The notes under the pieces were generated by a model. It saw only the letters and a program-made list of their open reading frames with translations, was not told the DNA's origin and ran no database searches. A stretch of 64,000 nt of DNA from Dipteris shenzhenensis (taxonomy: Eukaryota): assembly GCA_047967505.1 (NCBI GenBank), contig CM106538.1. One strand, 5' to 3'. This document shows, piece after piece, positions 23,181 through 37,665 of this stretch; positions within the stretch are counted from its first letter, which is position 1; each line of letters starts with the position of its first letter. A program made the translations under genes and the position numbers.

Positions 23181-26100
23181 CACTACAAGGCATAGGCCCT
23201 TTTCCGATGGTTACGCACTGATGTTTAGCATGCATGGGGCGCAAATCATCGGTATGCAAAGCGGGCTTAAAAAGTATCGCTATGTAGCGACACTTTTATA
23301 AACGTCGCTATATAGCAACGTTTATAAAGTATCGCTATATAGCGACAATTGCCAAACTTGTATAAGGTCATTATATAGCGATGTTTTATAGAGTGTTTTT
23401 CCCCATACCAACCTTTAAAGGTAGTTTTACCCAATGACAAAAAGATTTCTTTTCATACATGTTTGATCCTTTGAAAGAATAAAAGTACAAGAGCATGTAC
23501 ATCAAGTTTGAAGCTCATATATTCATGTCCACGTTTGAGACTTGGCTTCATCCTGAGCCAAGTCTAGTGTGCCAAGCAAGTATATCTACAACTCTATACT
23601 AAGTTGATCTCCTATGTCATCATCGTACTCTAGCATCATACGTTCACCATAGACTTGATTATCTTCTTCAATAAAGTCGGGTTATTCTTGATGATCGTCT
23701 TCTTCTTCCTCAATATCATGATCTCCATCTTTCTCCCATATGATGTCATTATGCACATCTTTCTCTTGGCTCATATTGTGATCGCCATCTTCTTCTCTAA
23801 ATTCATCTGGATCAATTGGATCTGGCATTGGTAGTGGCACTTCCATATCCACGTCTCTATCTTCAAAAATATGCTTACTTGGTGGTGCAACTTGGATCAC
23901 GTACCACCATCTTGGATCAGAATGATCTACATGACAAAACCACCTATATTGAAGATGGGTGCCAAATGCCATCAATTATATGAAACTATGCTTAAGTACA
24001 TGTAACAATTAATATGTAAAAACGAAAGATTCAATTAATTAAATCATTAGTATGCACCTGCTCACAATGCTCAGGAAGAACAAAGACCATCATAAATAGT
24101 TCTAAACCATTTTATACATATGAAAATACTAAATCATCTGAAATTAATTTCATAGATTTTGTGTATGGTCCCATAATAATCCAACTACGAGGAGAGAAAA
24201 TTGGTATCCGAAGCACTTGCTCGGCTGTCTTGTGTGAAGTTAGCCATGACTCCACAATCATACGCGACTCTCTTTGAATCGATGTGTTCTACACAAAAAT
24301 GTCATTGGTATGTCTAGGAGCTCTGGAAATATTAAAGACCCGTACTCTTATCCATAAGATCTATAACTCCTCTATCAAAGTTACCATGTACATAGCCTCA
24401 TACTCAGACATCAGTTGCATTGCCCCTAAAAATAGAATCCATCATGTCCACAATACCCTCGTTATCATCTAGCACATTTGGGAGACTATACTCCTTCTCA
24501 AAGTGTGAAGGTATATGGACACCACCCTCCTCATCCTGTCTCAAGGTTTTGTGTAAATATAAGATCTTGTCTCAAGATTTCGTGTCGTGTACGCATGCAA
24601 TATGAATCACGAACTCAAATAGCATTGACTTTCTGATGATCTATCACCATGTGCACCACCAATGGTGGGTACTGGTTTGGGCTCCTCCCCATACATCCTC
24701 AAGTGGCGCATGACAATATGGCATTGATGTCGTACTTTTCGCTTGCAATGAGTGCAATGACAATACAACCTCTCCGTAAGCCACTATGCACTCCCGAGCA
24801 TTGGTGCATCATCTGACAAGCTTTCACTCGTCCCTTCCATCTACACACCTCCAAAGTCACAACACAAAATGTAAGGAAATCCATAAAGATCCAAAAAATA
24901 GCCACCCATGAGCTCCTTTCCAGATCAAGTGCCCTGAATTGTCACTATATAGCGACGCTTTGCTCTGTTTTGTCGCTATATAGCGATGCTTTAGGAGTAT
25001 AAGTAAATAGTGAACTTTTAGGGTATAAGTGTCGCTATATAGTGATACTTAGGGTTAAAGATTGCTATAAGTATCGCTATATAGCGATACTTTTAGGATA
25101 TGAGTGTCGCTACCTAGCAATACTTTTAGGGTATAAGTGTCGCTATATAACAAATGACTAGTGTCGCTATATAGCGATGCTGGGAGTCTAAAACCCGAAA
25201 CACCGCACGATGCCATCTTTCACAACTCTATTGCAAGAAAAGCAAAAATCTCTCCTCCCATGTTTTCCTTCTCTATTTGGTGATCTCTCTTTCCTCCTCT
25301 ATTCCCCACACTCCTCACTCCTATCAAGCCCCTCTCCCATTGACACTTGTACTCCCTCTCCACCCTTCTCCCTCTCTACTTGTGTGAAAGGAAGTTTTTC
25401 AAGAAGGTGTGTTTCTTTAAGCAATGTAGGTTCATTTTTTGTGAGATTTCATTTTTTGAGAGTCGAAGCATGTTTCTCCTTGCTTTGCTAAGCCTATGTG
25501 CTAATTTTCATGCTTGGCTTTCAGAGATTAAGGACAAAAAACGAGATTTGCTCTTCTCTTTTTGGTATTTCTCTTCCTCCTCTTTCCCTTCCTTTCATGC
25601 TTTCTCCTTGTTTGTAGGCTTATGCTTGTCCCCTCAATCCAATCCCTTTGGAAAGTTGCTTCTCCAAACTCCTCCTTCCTCTAACTAGTTATCTAAAAAA
25701 TGGTATGTTTCCTCTCTTTTGTAGGGCTAGTCCACGAACTTTTCCACGTAAGAAAGTATTTCCTCTTTTTTCCTTTTTTTGTTTCCGTTATTTGCGTTGG
25801 TTTGTAGCTAGTGCAGAGATGGGTGTAGGAACCCTTTCTTCCTCTCTCTTCTCTTATTCCCTCTTCTTTCCCTCTTTTCCTCCCTCTTTCTCCCCTCGTT
25901 CCCTCCCTTTGTTATTTCCTCTTCTTCCTCTCTTCTCTTCTTTTCCCCTCTCTTTTTTCATTCTCTTTTCCCCTCTTCATTCCTCTTCCTTCTCTTCTTT
26001 TCCCCTCTTTTATTTCCTCTCTTTCATCCTCTTTTCTCTTCTTTTCATAAGAATATGCATTTGCCTATGCTTATGCATGAGCATATGCTCATATGCTCAT

Positions 26101-26340
26101 ATGCTTTTCCCCTCTCTTTTTTCTTCTCTTTTTTCCTCTTCTTTCTCTTCTTTTCCCCTCTCTTATTTCCTCTCTTTCATCATATTCTTTTCTCCTCTTT
26201 TCATAAGCATATGCATTTGCCTATGCTTATGCATGAGCATATGCTCATATGCTCATGCATAAGCATAAGCATAAGCATATTCTTTCTCTTTTTTCCTCTC
26301 TTTTCTTCTTTTCCCCTTTATTTTTTCCTTCTCTTTTCCC
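23181..26340 (+). mobile_element. CACTA family copy C: TIR, internally deleted TnpD (-), internal palindromes, start of the TnpA intron
   Basis: CACTACAAGGCATAGG at 23181; motifs at ~23277-23380; TnpD C-terminal and N-terminal pieces on the minus strand (~23540-24860); donor-like GTAAGAAAG at 25748; GCATAA repeats to ~26280. Confidence 0.9.
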
Positions 26341-26689
26341 CTCTTTCACACGAGCAAAGAGGGAGAAGGATGGAGAGGGAACATGTGTTGGGAGAGGGTT
26401 TAGAAAGGGGTGAGGAGTGTGGGAAAGAGAGAGGAGGTATTGGCTCTATTCCACAGCTTCTGTGGGAAGAGCAGGGTATTCTCAGTATGCAGGGCTTTGA
26501 GGCTTTTTGTCACCTACAAATATATTAGGGTTGTCATTTATAGTATATGTGTGGCGGGCTTAGGACCTCGAGTCATATTCTGGTGAGAGACGTAGGCTTA
26601 AATGTAGTGAGCAAACATAGTGCATGCATGTGTAAAAGGAACGTGTATCATCATGGTTGAGGTAATGAAGGCTTTCGCCTTCATTGGGG

Positions 26690-26832
26690 GTTGCAAGGTT
26701 TAGGAGTTTAAGGGCTAGAAGGAGGTTCCAAGGTTTAGAAGGATGTTCCAGAGTTTAGAAGAGGTTCAAGGGTTAGAAGGAGGTTCCAAGGTTTAGAGAG
26801 AGGTTCCAGAGTTAGAAGAAGGATTCAAGGTT
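26690..26832. repeat. ~19-20-bp tandem repeat GGTTTAGAAGGAGGTTCCAA
   Basis: About 6 degenerate copies. Confidence 0.75.
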
Positions 26833-26999
26833 CATGGTAGAGTACATGGTGGAGAACTTGTCTCCTCCTTGTCTCCCTCATAGATCATGGAGATTAAGGG
26901 TTGAGGAGCTAAGGGTTTAATGGGAGTATAGGAGTGGGAGAGGAAGAAGGTGTAAGAGCATGGGGGAAAGAAGAGAGAGGAGGGAGGAGGAGGAGGAGG

Positions 27000-29348
27000 C
27001 ACTACTACACATGGATCCTATTGGACCGTTTAAGTACCAACATTTAGTGCGTGCGGGGCGCTAATCATTGATATGAAAAGCACATCCTGTAAAGCATCAC
27101 TATATAGTGTCTTGAGGCAAACGTCACTATATAGCGACTATTATAAAAGTGACATTTTTCAGAGAGGTTTTTTACTCATATAGGCCTTAAAAGTTAGTTT
27201 TTTCCAATGATAAATTTTTTTAAATTTTCATACATGTTCGATCTTTTGAGAGAATAAAAATATGAGAGCATGTACATCAAGCCTTTGAAGCTCATATATT
27301 CATGTCCAAGTTTGAGATGAAAAAAATTCAATGAAGAGCATTTACATCAACTGTTTCATCTTGAGCCAAGTCTAAGATGCCAAACAAGTCTATCTCCAAC
27401 TCTATACTGAGTTGATCTCCTATATCATCATCGTACTCTAGCATCGTACGTTCATCTAAAAGTACTTGATCATCTTCTTCAATAAAGTGCGGTGATTCTT
27501 GATGATCGTTGTCTTCTTTCTCAATATTGTGATCTCCATCTTCCTTCTGTGTGATGTCATTATGCGCATCTTCCCTTTGGCTCATATTGTGATCTTCATC
27601 TTCGCTAGATTCATCAAGATCAATTGGATCCGGAATTGGTAGTGGCATCTCCATATCCACATCTCTATCTTCAAAATTTTGCTTACTTCATGGTGCAACT
27701 TGGATCACGTACCACCATCTTGGATCGGAACGATCCAAATGAAAAACCACCTATATTGAAGATGGGTGCCAGATGTCGTCAATTATATATATGAAATTAT
27801 GCTCAAGTACATGTATCAATGGATCTTTAAAGACGAAAGCTTCGGTTAATTAAATCATTAGTATGCACCTGGTCACAGTGCTCGAGAAGAACAAAAGTAT
27901 TACTTTCATCAATCCAATGTTTGGTGGAGTCTATTGCAAAGAAACCGCTACTATCTTTTCTCACTGTCGCATGGGGACCATTGTAAATAGTTCTAAACCA
28001 TTTTACATCAAGAATGAAAATACTAAATGGTCTAAAATCAACTTCATAGATTTTGCGTATGGTTCCACAATAATCCAATTATGAGGAGAGAAAATTAGTA
28101 TCCGAAGCACTTGCTCGGCTATCTTGTGTGAAGTTAGCCATGACTCCACAATCATACGTGACTCTCTTTGAATCGATGCGTTCCACGTGAAAATGTCATC
28201 CATATGACCATAATGCACTGTACTTTTTGTACTATAAAAGAGCATCATTAAAACAATGAAGATGCATCTATTTTATAGCGTATATTGCCACAAATAATTA
28301 CTTAATTATGTCAAAAGGTAAGAAACTTACATGCATCATACATCTAGATGATAACTCTCGCTCGTGCTCGTTTATTGCCTCTCCATCGCATTCGGCTTTA
28401 CGTAGAGCGAGTTGTAGCCAATCAAGTGAATGTGAGTGGGGAGAAGAGCCAAATCCCATGGATATGGTTGCGATGGCCTGTATATTACTCTGAATCTCGT
28501 CCTTGCATTTATTCTTTTTACTTTGGTCACTTCATATCTCTCAATCCACTTCTGCATCTCAGGGTTATTGAGGATACAAAACTTATTGAATTTCTCCATT
28601 TGCTCTTCGCTCATCTTTCTTTCGATCCCTTTTCCTTGGGGAACCTCGCCAACGATGCGATCATCATCCTTGTTATGCCAAGCCTAGAGCATATCGGGAT
28701 CCGTGGTCTGTGATATATACTAATGACTTGCACAAGCCATCCCTCTGCCATGCTTGCTTCTGGTCTTGCTCTTTTTCTTACAAATCCCTTCAAAGTTTTC
28801 ATAAACCGCTCGAGGAAAAACATCCATTGACTATGAACGGTACCTGCAATAGCCACCTCATCAACTATGTGCACAAGCAAGTGGACTTGAGTTGTCATAA
28901 TGCTCGAGGGAAAGTGCTTCTCAAGCAAGCATACGGCTTTGATGGATTCCACCCTAGCCTTCTCGATGCTTGATATGGAGATCTATTTTTGAGATATCCA
29001 CCTATTTCACATGTCCATGTAAGATATTTGAATAATCAGCCTACAGATTAATCAGCTTAAATTGAAGAAAATGCAATCAATGCGATTTGATAGTAAGCAT
29101 ATCTCACAATACCACATATCTTGAATATAGCATTTCTAACATCTTCTTGTAAGCACCCTTTTATTGTAATTGGGAGGATGAACTATCAAAGCAACAAAGA
29201 AGTCATGTCAATAATATAACATAATCATAATTATGCTAACGCATCACGATTATCAGCACACTAATTGTACAGCTTAGAATACCTATAAGACCTTGTGCCA
29301 ATCATGGGACTTGAGCCCAGTAAGCTTATTGTCCTTTGAAAATGCTCC
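27000..29348 (-). mobile_element. CACTA family copy D: degenerate TIR and TnpD C-terminal exons
   Basis: CACTAC at 27000; terminal region resembles 23181-23520; 'QVHLLVHIVDEVAIAG..FLERFMKTLKGFVRKRARPEASMAEGW', 'DYCGTIRKIYEVDF..DVKWF', acidic tail ending at 27328. Confidence 0.88.
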
Positions 29349-29670
29349 AGTGAAGATAGGCCTCGAGATAGGAGTGGGGTCACTTGCTATGAATGTAATG
29401 AAAAAGGTCACTATCGCCCCGAGTGTCCTAGATTGAGAAAGAAAGAAGAAAAACAAGTATCCTTGTTAGAAGCTTCTTCAGGGGATGAGGAAAGAGAGGT
29501 AATGATGGCTAAACGGGGGCATGGTAAAGCAAAAGAAGAAGAAGAAAGTAAGAAAGAAGTAGATGAGGAACATCAGGAAGAGGAACAGCGTAGTAAGAAA
29601 AAGAAGGCATCTAGAAGGAGAATTAGCTAGTCAGACTTTCCTTTAGGACAAGGAATTGGAAGCGAGTGGA
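29349..29670 (+). pseudogene. LTR retrotransposon gag fragment with a CCHC zinc knuckle
   Basis: 'VTCYECNEKGHYRPECPRL' followed by a charged linker. Confidence 0.7.
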
Positions 29671-30107
29671 GTAGTTGAAGGTTTGATGGAGAGATATCTA
29701 AAATGGATTTCCTTTTCGTATCTCATTGATGTTGAGTGGAGATCATGTATGGAGAGCACACTCAATTACCCATGAATTTTATTCTTACTCCCCATGTCAT
29801 GTCGCTTTCTTGCATTCTACCAAAGGGACTCTGATAAAAAAGGGTGTGAATCCACGCTTCACAATGACAGACAGCTTGAGAAAATGACTATTCCAATTGT
29901 TTATATTGCTAGTTTTCAAATGAGGCTCAAATGAGGGAATATGCAAAGGCAATTTCCTCCAACATCAAAATCATTTAAAATATTTTTGTTTTAAATTTTT
30001 TATGCAGGAAATAAAACCTAAAGATATATTTTTATTAAAGTAGGAGGCATGTGAAAGAATTTTTCTATAAGGTCCTTCTTCATAGAAATGCATGTATCTT
30101 CTATCTG

Positions 30108-32220
30108 TATGTTTGAGAATCATCATTATTCGAAGCCTATGTATGTTTGAATTGTGATAGGTTGCTCCAAAAGGTGTTTCCTGCACCAAATACCATCAAG
30201 AGATGAAGCAAAGAAGATGCTAATAATAGTGGGTATGGAATATGATACCATCCATGCTTACCGTAATGATTGTATTCTCTTTCGCCCACCATGAGCATGG
30301 AGATTTGGCTAGTTGTCCAAAGTGTGGGGAACAACTTTATAGAGATGACTTGCAAATAGATACCGATAAAGGTCTTGAGACACTTTCCCATCATTGCAAG
30401 AATACAGCACATGTTCCGATGCAAATCCATAGCGGAGTTGATGACTTGGCATGCATCTCATCAGTCCACTGATGACACATTGAGGATTCACACAGATTGT
30501 GCAGCCTGGAAGCACATAAACAATCAGTGGCCGGACTTTGTGAGGGAGCCACGCAACTTACATCTTGGGCTCGCCATGGATAGTGTGAACCCTTTCGGGT
30601 TACGCTCAACATCTTGGTCGACATGGCCCATAGTCTTGGTGAATTACAATATCCCACCATGGCTAACAATAAAGAAGGGACACCTCATGCTTGCACTACT
30701 TGTGCCAAGGAAGTACAAGGCCAAAAATATGGACATGTACATGGCACCTTTGATAGAGGAGTTACATAGCTTATGAAGAGGAGTGTGGGAATTTGATATT
30801 TCTAGAGCTCCTAGACATACCAATGACATTTTGGTCAGGGGTATCTTGATGTGGACCATGCATGACTACCCAGGATATGGAGAGTGCACAGGTACATGGT
30901 TGTGTCTTTACATGTATAATATAGGATTATGCTTTTATGACTCTCTTTTGCGTGCATATCTTATACTAACACATTCATGCATGCATGCAGGACTTGTTAT
31001 AAGTGGGCACCATGCTTGTCCTGTTTATGGACCAGGTTTGAAATCACTTGCACGATACTCCAAAGGAAAAATGTTTATGAAGGTCATGCTCGATACCTTC
31101 CATAGGACCACATTCTATGCGTGGAGGTGAGCTTGATCCACCACTGCCATATTTGAAGGCAAGTGACTGGATTCAAGCTTGGAGGGCGAATGGAGAGGAA
31201 CCTCCTCATGGTATGAAGAGGCTATCCATCTTCATGAGCTTCCTTATTGGGGTCAGTTACAAATCAATCATCTCTTGGATCCCATGCATATCTTCAAGAA
31301 TGTGGGGGCTACTATTTGGGCACACTTGGTTGGTTCCAAAGATTCGAGAGGAGTGCGAGAAGACTTGTGTGCTATGAATAGGATGTGTGTGCTTCGAGAA
31401 AAGTTGTCCTCCCGAAAGCAACATGGATCCTCTCCAAGAGAGAAGACGCAGCGGTCAAGGCAAACATTACCTCTTTTCGAACACCCACAAGATACATGCA
31501 TTGCTTAAAAGGAGCATTTTCAAAGGACAATAAGCTTAGTGGGCTCAAGTCCCATGATTGGCACAAGGTCTTATGGCAGGTATTCTAAGCTGTAGGATTA
31601 GTGTACCAATAATTATGATGCATTAGTGCAATTATGATTATGTTATATTATTGACATGACTTCTTTGTTGCTTTGATAGTTCATCCTCCCAATTACAGTG
31701 AAAGGGTGCTTACAAGAAGATGTTAGAAATGCTATATTCAAGATCAGTGGTATTGTGAGGTATGCTTACTTTCAAATCGCATTGATTACATTTTCTTCAA
31801 TTTAAGCTGAATTATCTGTAGATTGATTATGAATATTCTAATACGGGCATGTGAAATAGGTGGATATCTCAAAAAGATATCTCCATATCGAGCATCGAGA
31901 AGGCTAGGGTGGACTTCATCGAAGCCATATGCTTGCTTGAGAAGCACTTTCCCTCGAACATTATGACAACTCAAGTGCACTTGCTTGTGCACATAGTTGA
32001 TGAGGTGGCCATTGTAGGTACCTTTCATAGTTAGTGGATGTTTTTTCTCGAGCGGTTTATGAAAACTTTGAAGGGATTTGTAAGGCAAAGAGCAAGACCG
32101 GAAGCAAGCATGGCATAGGGATGGCTTGTGCAAGAGTCATTAGTATATATCACGAAGTTTCTTGCATCCACGTATCCCGATATGCCGCAGCCTTGGCATA
32201 ACAAGGATGATGATCATACA
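30108..32220 (+). pseudogene. CACTA family copy E: TnpD core (Transposase_21 and DUF4218)
   Basis: 'LRHFPIIARIQHMF', 'AAWKHIN..PDFVREPRNLHLGLAMDSVNPFG..WSTWPIVLVNYNIPPW', 'LMWTMHDYPGYG', 'LPYW..HLLDPMHIFKNV'; GT-AG introns; frameshifts. Confidence 0.93.
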
Positions 32221-32229
32221 TGATATGTT

Positions 32230-32350
32230 CATGCAAGCTTTAATGAAGTGGAAGGACAAATAATATCCATATAAGAAAAATGCTTACTTGCTCGTAGTGC
32301 GTGGGTAGCACGAATGTGTCAGTAAGGTCATCCCAAATTTTTGTTTTTTT
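32230..32350 (-). pseudogene. Small fragment of another CACTA TnpD (DUF4216-type end)
   Basis: 'TKIWDDLTDTFVLPTHYEQ|V' resembles 'STKHWIDESNTFVLLEHCDQ|V' of copy D. Confidence 0.55.
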
Positions 32351-35300
32351 GAGTAGTTGGATCGAATATGCTAACAAAATCGATGAGTAATTTGAGAGAG
32401 AGAATGATGTCTTTGGGATATATCTCACTCTAAAGACAAGATCATCATAGGAAGTCTCAAGCAACTGATCTGATTTCTAAGCAAAAAAAATAAGAATAGA
32501 TTATTATGCATCCTGATGCATGATCAGGACATGGATTTATGACTGCTTATGACAATGACTATGAGAGGTCAAAACCTTAGCAGTCGACAAGAAATTATTA
32601 TCAGACCTACTATTAACTAATCGTATTTGATACTTAACTAGCTTTTGAATAGATAAGAAGAAATAATGTAAGAAATTTGTGATAGTTATCTTTTAGTTTG
32701 TGGTCAATTGTTGAATGTTTATTAAACTTTGAACAGTTCTAATTATGGAGGAAGGGAACTTGTTGCAGTCTATAGTTTGTTACTTGAATTTGACTACTAG
32801 GAAGGAGCTAGATGCTCTAGAGAATAATAAATGTGTGGCAAATACTTGGAAAATGAAGGAGTGATACTTCAAGACAATGACTATAATATGGATAGCTTTC
32901 TGATTGCTAACTTCCTACTAGAACATCATTGGTAACAATTATGCATTGGCAATGAAGCCTACTTTCCCCATCTAACATGAATCATCCTAACTTTCTTTTA
33001 TGGTGGGATGGTGCTATGTTAGTCGGTGAATCATACTAACTTTCCTATATGAATCGCACTAACTATCTTTTCTACGCTAGGGTGGTGGAAGGTTAAACAG
33101 TGCATTTTTCTAACAGATATGCAGTTTGAAAAACATGGTGGACACATGGAGTTTAGCAAAGTTGCTACAGAAATGGAGGGAGAAGATCAAGTTAATGGAC
33201 TTATTTTTGGATTATTAGCAAGGACTTGAGTTCATTTTTGTTATTTTGACTAAGAACCTATGGATCTTAAATGAAATTTTGTATAGAAGAAACAAATATA
33301 TTGAAGTACTTTGAGTACTTATCAAGCAAGCCTACGATATCATTTTTGGATGGATTTGAAGTACATTGTTTTGTAAAAAATATATTTTAAAGTAGGTAAA
33401 ATAATCTAGGAACATCTACTCTAATTTTTCTAGAGTAATAAAGCTCAAGAATCAAAAAATAGAATGTATCAAGAAGAACTATTTACTAGAGAAAACTATT
33501 TTCATATACTTATGGTGTGGTTAAAAACCGTTGCATTATATGAGTATAGCAACTTTCTTAGCTAATCCTGATGGAGCCATAGAAGCATAGTACTACCATC
33601 ATGAATAACTTAGAAGAAATAACATTGAATAGGCCTTTTTGATAGTCAACTAGACTTATTTTGACTTATGGATTCTAATAACAAGATTAAGGGAAATAAG
33701 GAAAACTAAATAGGTTGTATTTTTTGAATATTGGATTTAGATACTCCTAATAATCCATGAAAAGGGCAAGACTAGCTTTGAATACTAATATGATTGCTTT
33801 CTAATAAAAAAATGAGGCTTCTTGAAATTTGTATATTACTTTAGTTAGTACTTTAGTTGAGTAGTACAACCACACACTGGTAAGCCCATTATAATATTTT
33901 TTTAAAAATTATGACTAATGGATTTAATTGATTTTTGTAAAGGCCTTGATTTGGCATGAGGACCTATAAAGGCTTTGGCTATGGAAATTCTCTACTTGCC
34001 CCTTCTCTAGGCTACCAAGCACTAATGAAAATGTTCCACAAAAGTATACATGAAGCTATTATTTCCCTGGATTCATGTAAACTAAAAAGCATCTAGATTC
34101 AAACAAACTAATAATAACACAATTTTACTTTAATGACTATGCAGAATACTAGTCTTAGGGAGGGGCAAGTATGAGTAATCACTTGATATTATCAAGCAAC
34201 CGGAATAGATCAGCTAATGGAGAAGGATAATACAGTTCTACTTGAGTGTGTGGAAAAGTCCCTTGCGATTATGACAAATTATTTTTCTATGCTCTAATCT
34301 TACCACCCCATGGGTCCTTTGTCACCCAACAACTTGGGTTTGAGATGTCTTAAATTACCACATCCATGGATCCTCTTCTAGTATAACACACCATAACATC
34401 TATGATATGGAAGGCTTATCAGAGGAGGGTATAGAAAACAATATTTTTCTATAACTTGATGATCGATTCTATGGTGGACCTCAAGAAGTGATAGATGCAA
34501 ACTTACACCAATCCATTTTTCCCACCCCTCAAGACTTGGAAGAGGAATTATTGACATGTGAACAAAACATGGGTTCTCCATGTCACCACCTTTTGCAATA
34601 GATACTAGAGATTTATTCGAGTCCTCCAAATCCATTAAATTTGAAGTTAAAAATTGTGATATAAATATTGTCCACAATTTTTACACTCTCTAACGTCTTC
34701 CTGATGTCATCCTTTACTATAGGGAGATGTCCATCTCCTGTAGGATATTTGGAAGATTTAAAAGTAGGATTTTAGAAACTAATAAGTGTACACCCAAGTC
34801 TATAAACAAAAGTTTCAATGTGGGATGACCCTATTTGAAGTGCCAATGCCTAGAGAGGAAATGAGGGAGAAATCAAGCTATGTGAGCCTTGCCCTTGTGG
34901 TTTGACCATGCTATCTTCTATATGGCTAATAGCCTCTACTATTTCTTCATAGGAAGACTCTTGAAATATTCTTCTTTCAATTCCTTCCTCTTATGCATGA
35001 AGACCAATGACATGGTAAAATTCATCAAAGCTTGTTTAACTTTCATGTATAAGAGCCCGTCCTAGTTCTCATGGCAATGAAAAATCTAGAAAAGAACCCT
35101 AATCTTTCATAATTTACTATCCCAACCCTCTCTAGGAGTTAGTCCTTATGGCAAAATAATGCTAAGAATGCCTAAAAAGTCTTCACCAAGAGCCATTGGT
35201 CCTGTTATTAAAAGAGGTCATTTTTCATCCAAGGCTGGCAATTTTTGTGGAAGAGGACATAATATGCCTTATGCACCAGTAGTACAAGTATCTAGTAGGA

Positions 35301-35904
35301 TGATTGACTGGAATCCTTTGTTGGAAAGAAAAGTACTACATCTAGATAGCATCAAATTGCAAGCACAAACCAAAAAAAATTTGAGAGATGGCAAGACTGT
35401 CTTGTACAAAAGAAATTAACTTTAGCCGTCTGGTCAAACATTTACTCTATGATGGCCCAAAGATTGATTTCTTATAGGTATGGAGTGTCTATAAGAGAGA
35501 GGTGGTTTTGTTAATGCATGATAGAATGCCTTTTTCCTTTTTTAAAAAGAAATTTATGGAAGTCACAAATGAAATTACTTCGGTCACATCCCACATCTTG
35601 ATCACTTCTACACAATCCTATATGAATGATGCATAGATATTTTGTTGGATAGAGCTACGAGTACATCCTCCATGCATAGTAAGCATTTCCACAAGTCATT
35701 CACCTACAACATATGTGTCCTCCTCCGTATGGACATCTTTGCATGTTTGTCTTGGTTCTTTATTGACTCTAGGTTCAACTTTATAGAAGTACATATGTCA
35801 CACTTTGAGAATGTTCTAGTTTTAGAGGGACTAGCTGTTTTGATTTTTGTATTCCACAATCAAGAAAACATTACTGTTGAAATCCCTTTATTATATCCCA
35901 AAGA

Positions 35905-36090
35905 ACTAGGAGATGCATTAACTTCATGTAAGATATCTATTTGTCTATACATTGTCAAGATAACTTTCTATGTGAAAGCACTTTATAACTAAGAGATGCA
36001 TTAAATTCATGTAAGATATCCAAAGAGCTAAGAGATGCATTAACATCATGTAAGATATCAACTTGTTAATAATACATTATCGATATAACT
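35905..36090. repeat. Short direct repeat GAGATGCATTAA..TCATGTAAGATATC x3
   Basis: Copies at ~35910, 35993 and 36032. Confidence 0.8.
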
Positions 36091-37102
36091 TCCTTCATCT
36101 CATGAGTTCCATGCATAGAAGTCTCAAATTTACAAGGAATCTTTTTAGCATTTTTATCTACAAAATCTTGTATAATTACCTTTAAAACCATATCCACATT
36201 GTTAAACCTCTTGAATGATGGTATTGTTCCCTTGTGTCACATTCCTTGATCCTTGAATGTACATTCTCTGGTACCTATGTAATAGACTGAAACAATGTAT
36301 CTTAACATAGATTGCAATTCAAAAGGGGAATGTAGTTATCAAGTCAATCAAGAAGATCGGGATCCTTGGTACATCAACAATGGTGCATCATCGCACATGA
36401 CAAAGCATCAGGAATGGTTCGATCGAGATGAATGCACGATCAGAGACAAAATCTAAAGGACATCAACTAGTAGGAAAAACAGTCAAGGACGGACGCTTGT
36501 TCAGAGTGCTAGCTTTAGTTCCAGATTTACATGCCATGTGAGCTCAACCGCAACAAATGCTATTTTCTGTAGTATGGCACAAGAGATATGGACATGTCAA
36601 TTTCAAAGGCTTGATATAGCTCAAAAATCAGAATATGGCAATTGGAATTCCGATGCTTCACTTTCTTGGAAAAGTTTGCGAAGCATGTTGCTTCAGTAAA
36701 CAAAAGAGAACCAATTTTGGTAAAAGCACCTCTTGAGCAAGTAGTATTTGTGATTTGATACACACATATGTATGGGGTTATGCATATACCCACAACATGA
36801 ATGGTTCACTCTACTACTTGACTTTCATTGATGACTACAGCAAATATTGTTGGGTCTACTTTCTTAAAGAGAAATCTGAAGTCTTTTCTAAATTTCTAGG
36901 ATTCAAAGCCATGGTTGCAGGTAGAAAGATCAAAGTCATGAGATCAGACAAAGGAGGTGAATACATGTCTTCAGCATTCATTAACTTTTGTACAAGTAAT
37001 GGCATTTGAAGACGATGCACTTGTGTAGATACACCTCAGCAGAATCCAAAAGCTGAAAGGAAGAATAGTACTTTAGCAGACAGTGCTAGAGCAATGCTCA
37101 AT

Positions 37103-37634
37103 GGATATCTTCCTAGTGACCATTTCAATCTTATCTTGCTCACCATTTTCTTTGCAATTGTTGTGCTTTGGGACACCTTTAGCCAATATGGTCATTGGCC
37201 ATTTGATAATACTACCAAGGGATTTACCCATAGTAACTAGCACCTGTTGTTAGAAATGGCAAACTAAACACATCCTCCAAGCTTTTTAGAACCTGAATGG
37301 AAATGCATGCATAACCAATTTTGCTAGTGCCAAGCAAATCTGGAGGATCACTGGAGAAGAAAGTGTTTAAATAACAAAATGTCAGCATCTTGTGTTCCTA
37401 CATCTAAGAAAGTGTTAAACCAACAAAATGCCATGACACAACCTTGTAATGGCATACATACAGGCTTATGTGATTGATGGAAAAATGAATCTACAAGCAG
37501 CAATTGTAAATGGGTGAAGGAAGGTCACAAAATCTCTATAAAAGGAGTCCTCCTCTACCTTGTTCAATATCTCTTCCACCATTGAGCCTGATGTTGTTGT
37601 AGCTCTAGTTTCCTCAAGCCTCTTCCATGAGCTC

Positions 37635-37665
<31 letters not shown>

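Noticed and set aside
32500-35900. AT-rich region with short ORFs
   Set aside because: No recognisable domain, termini or repeat structure.
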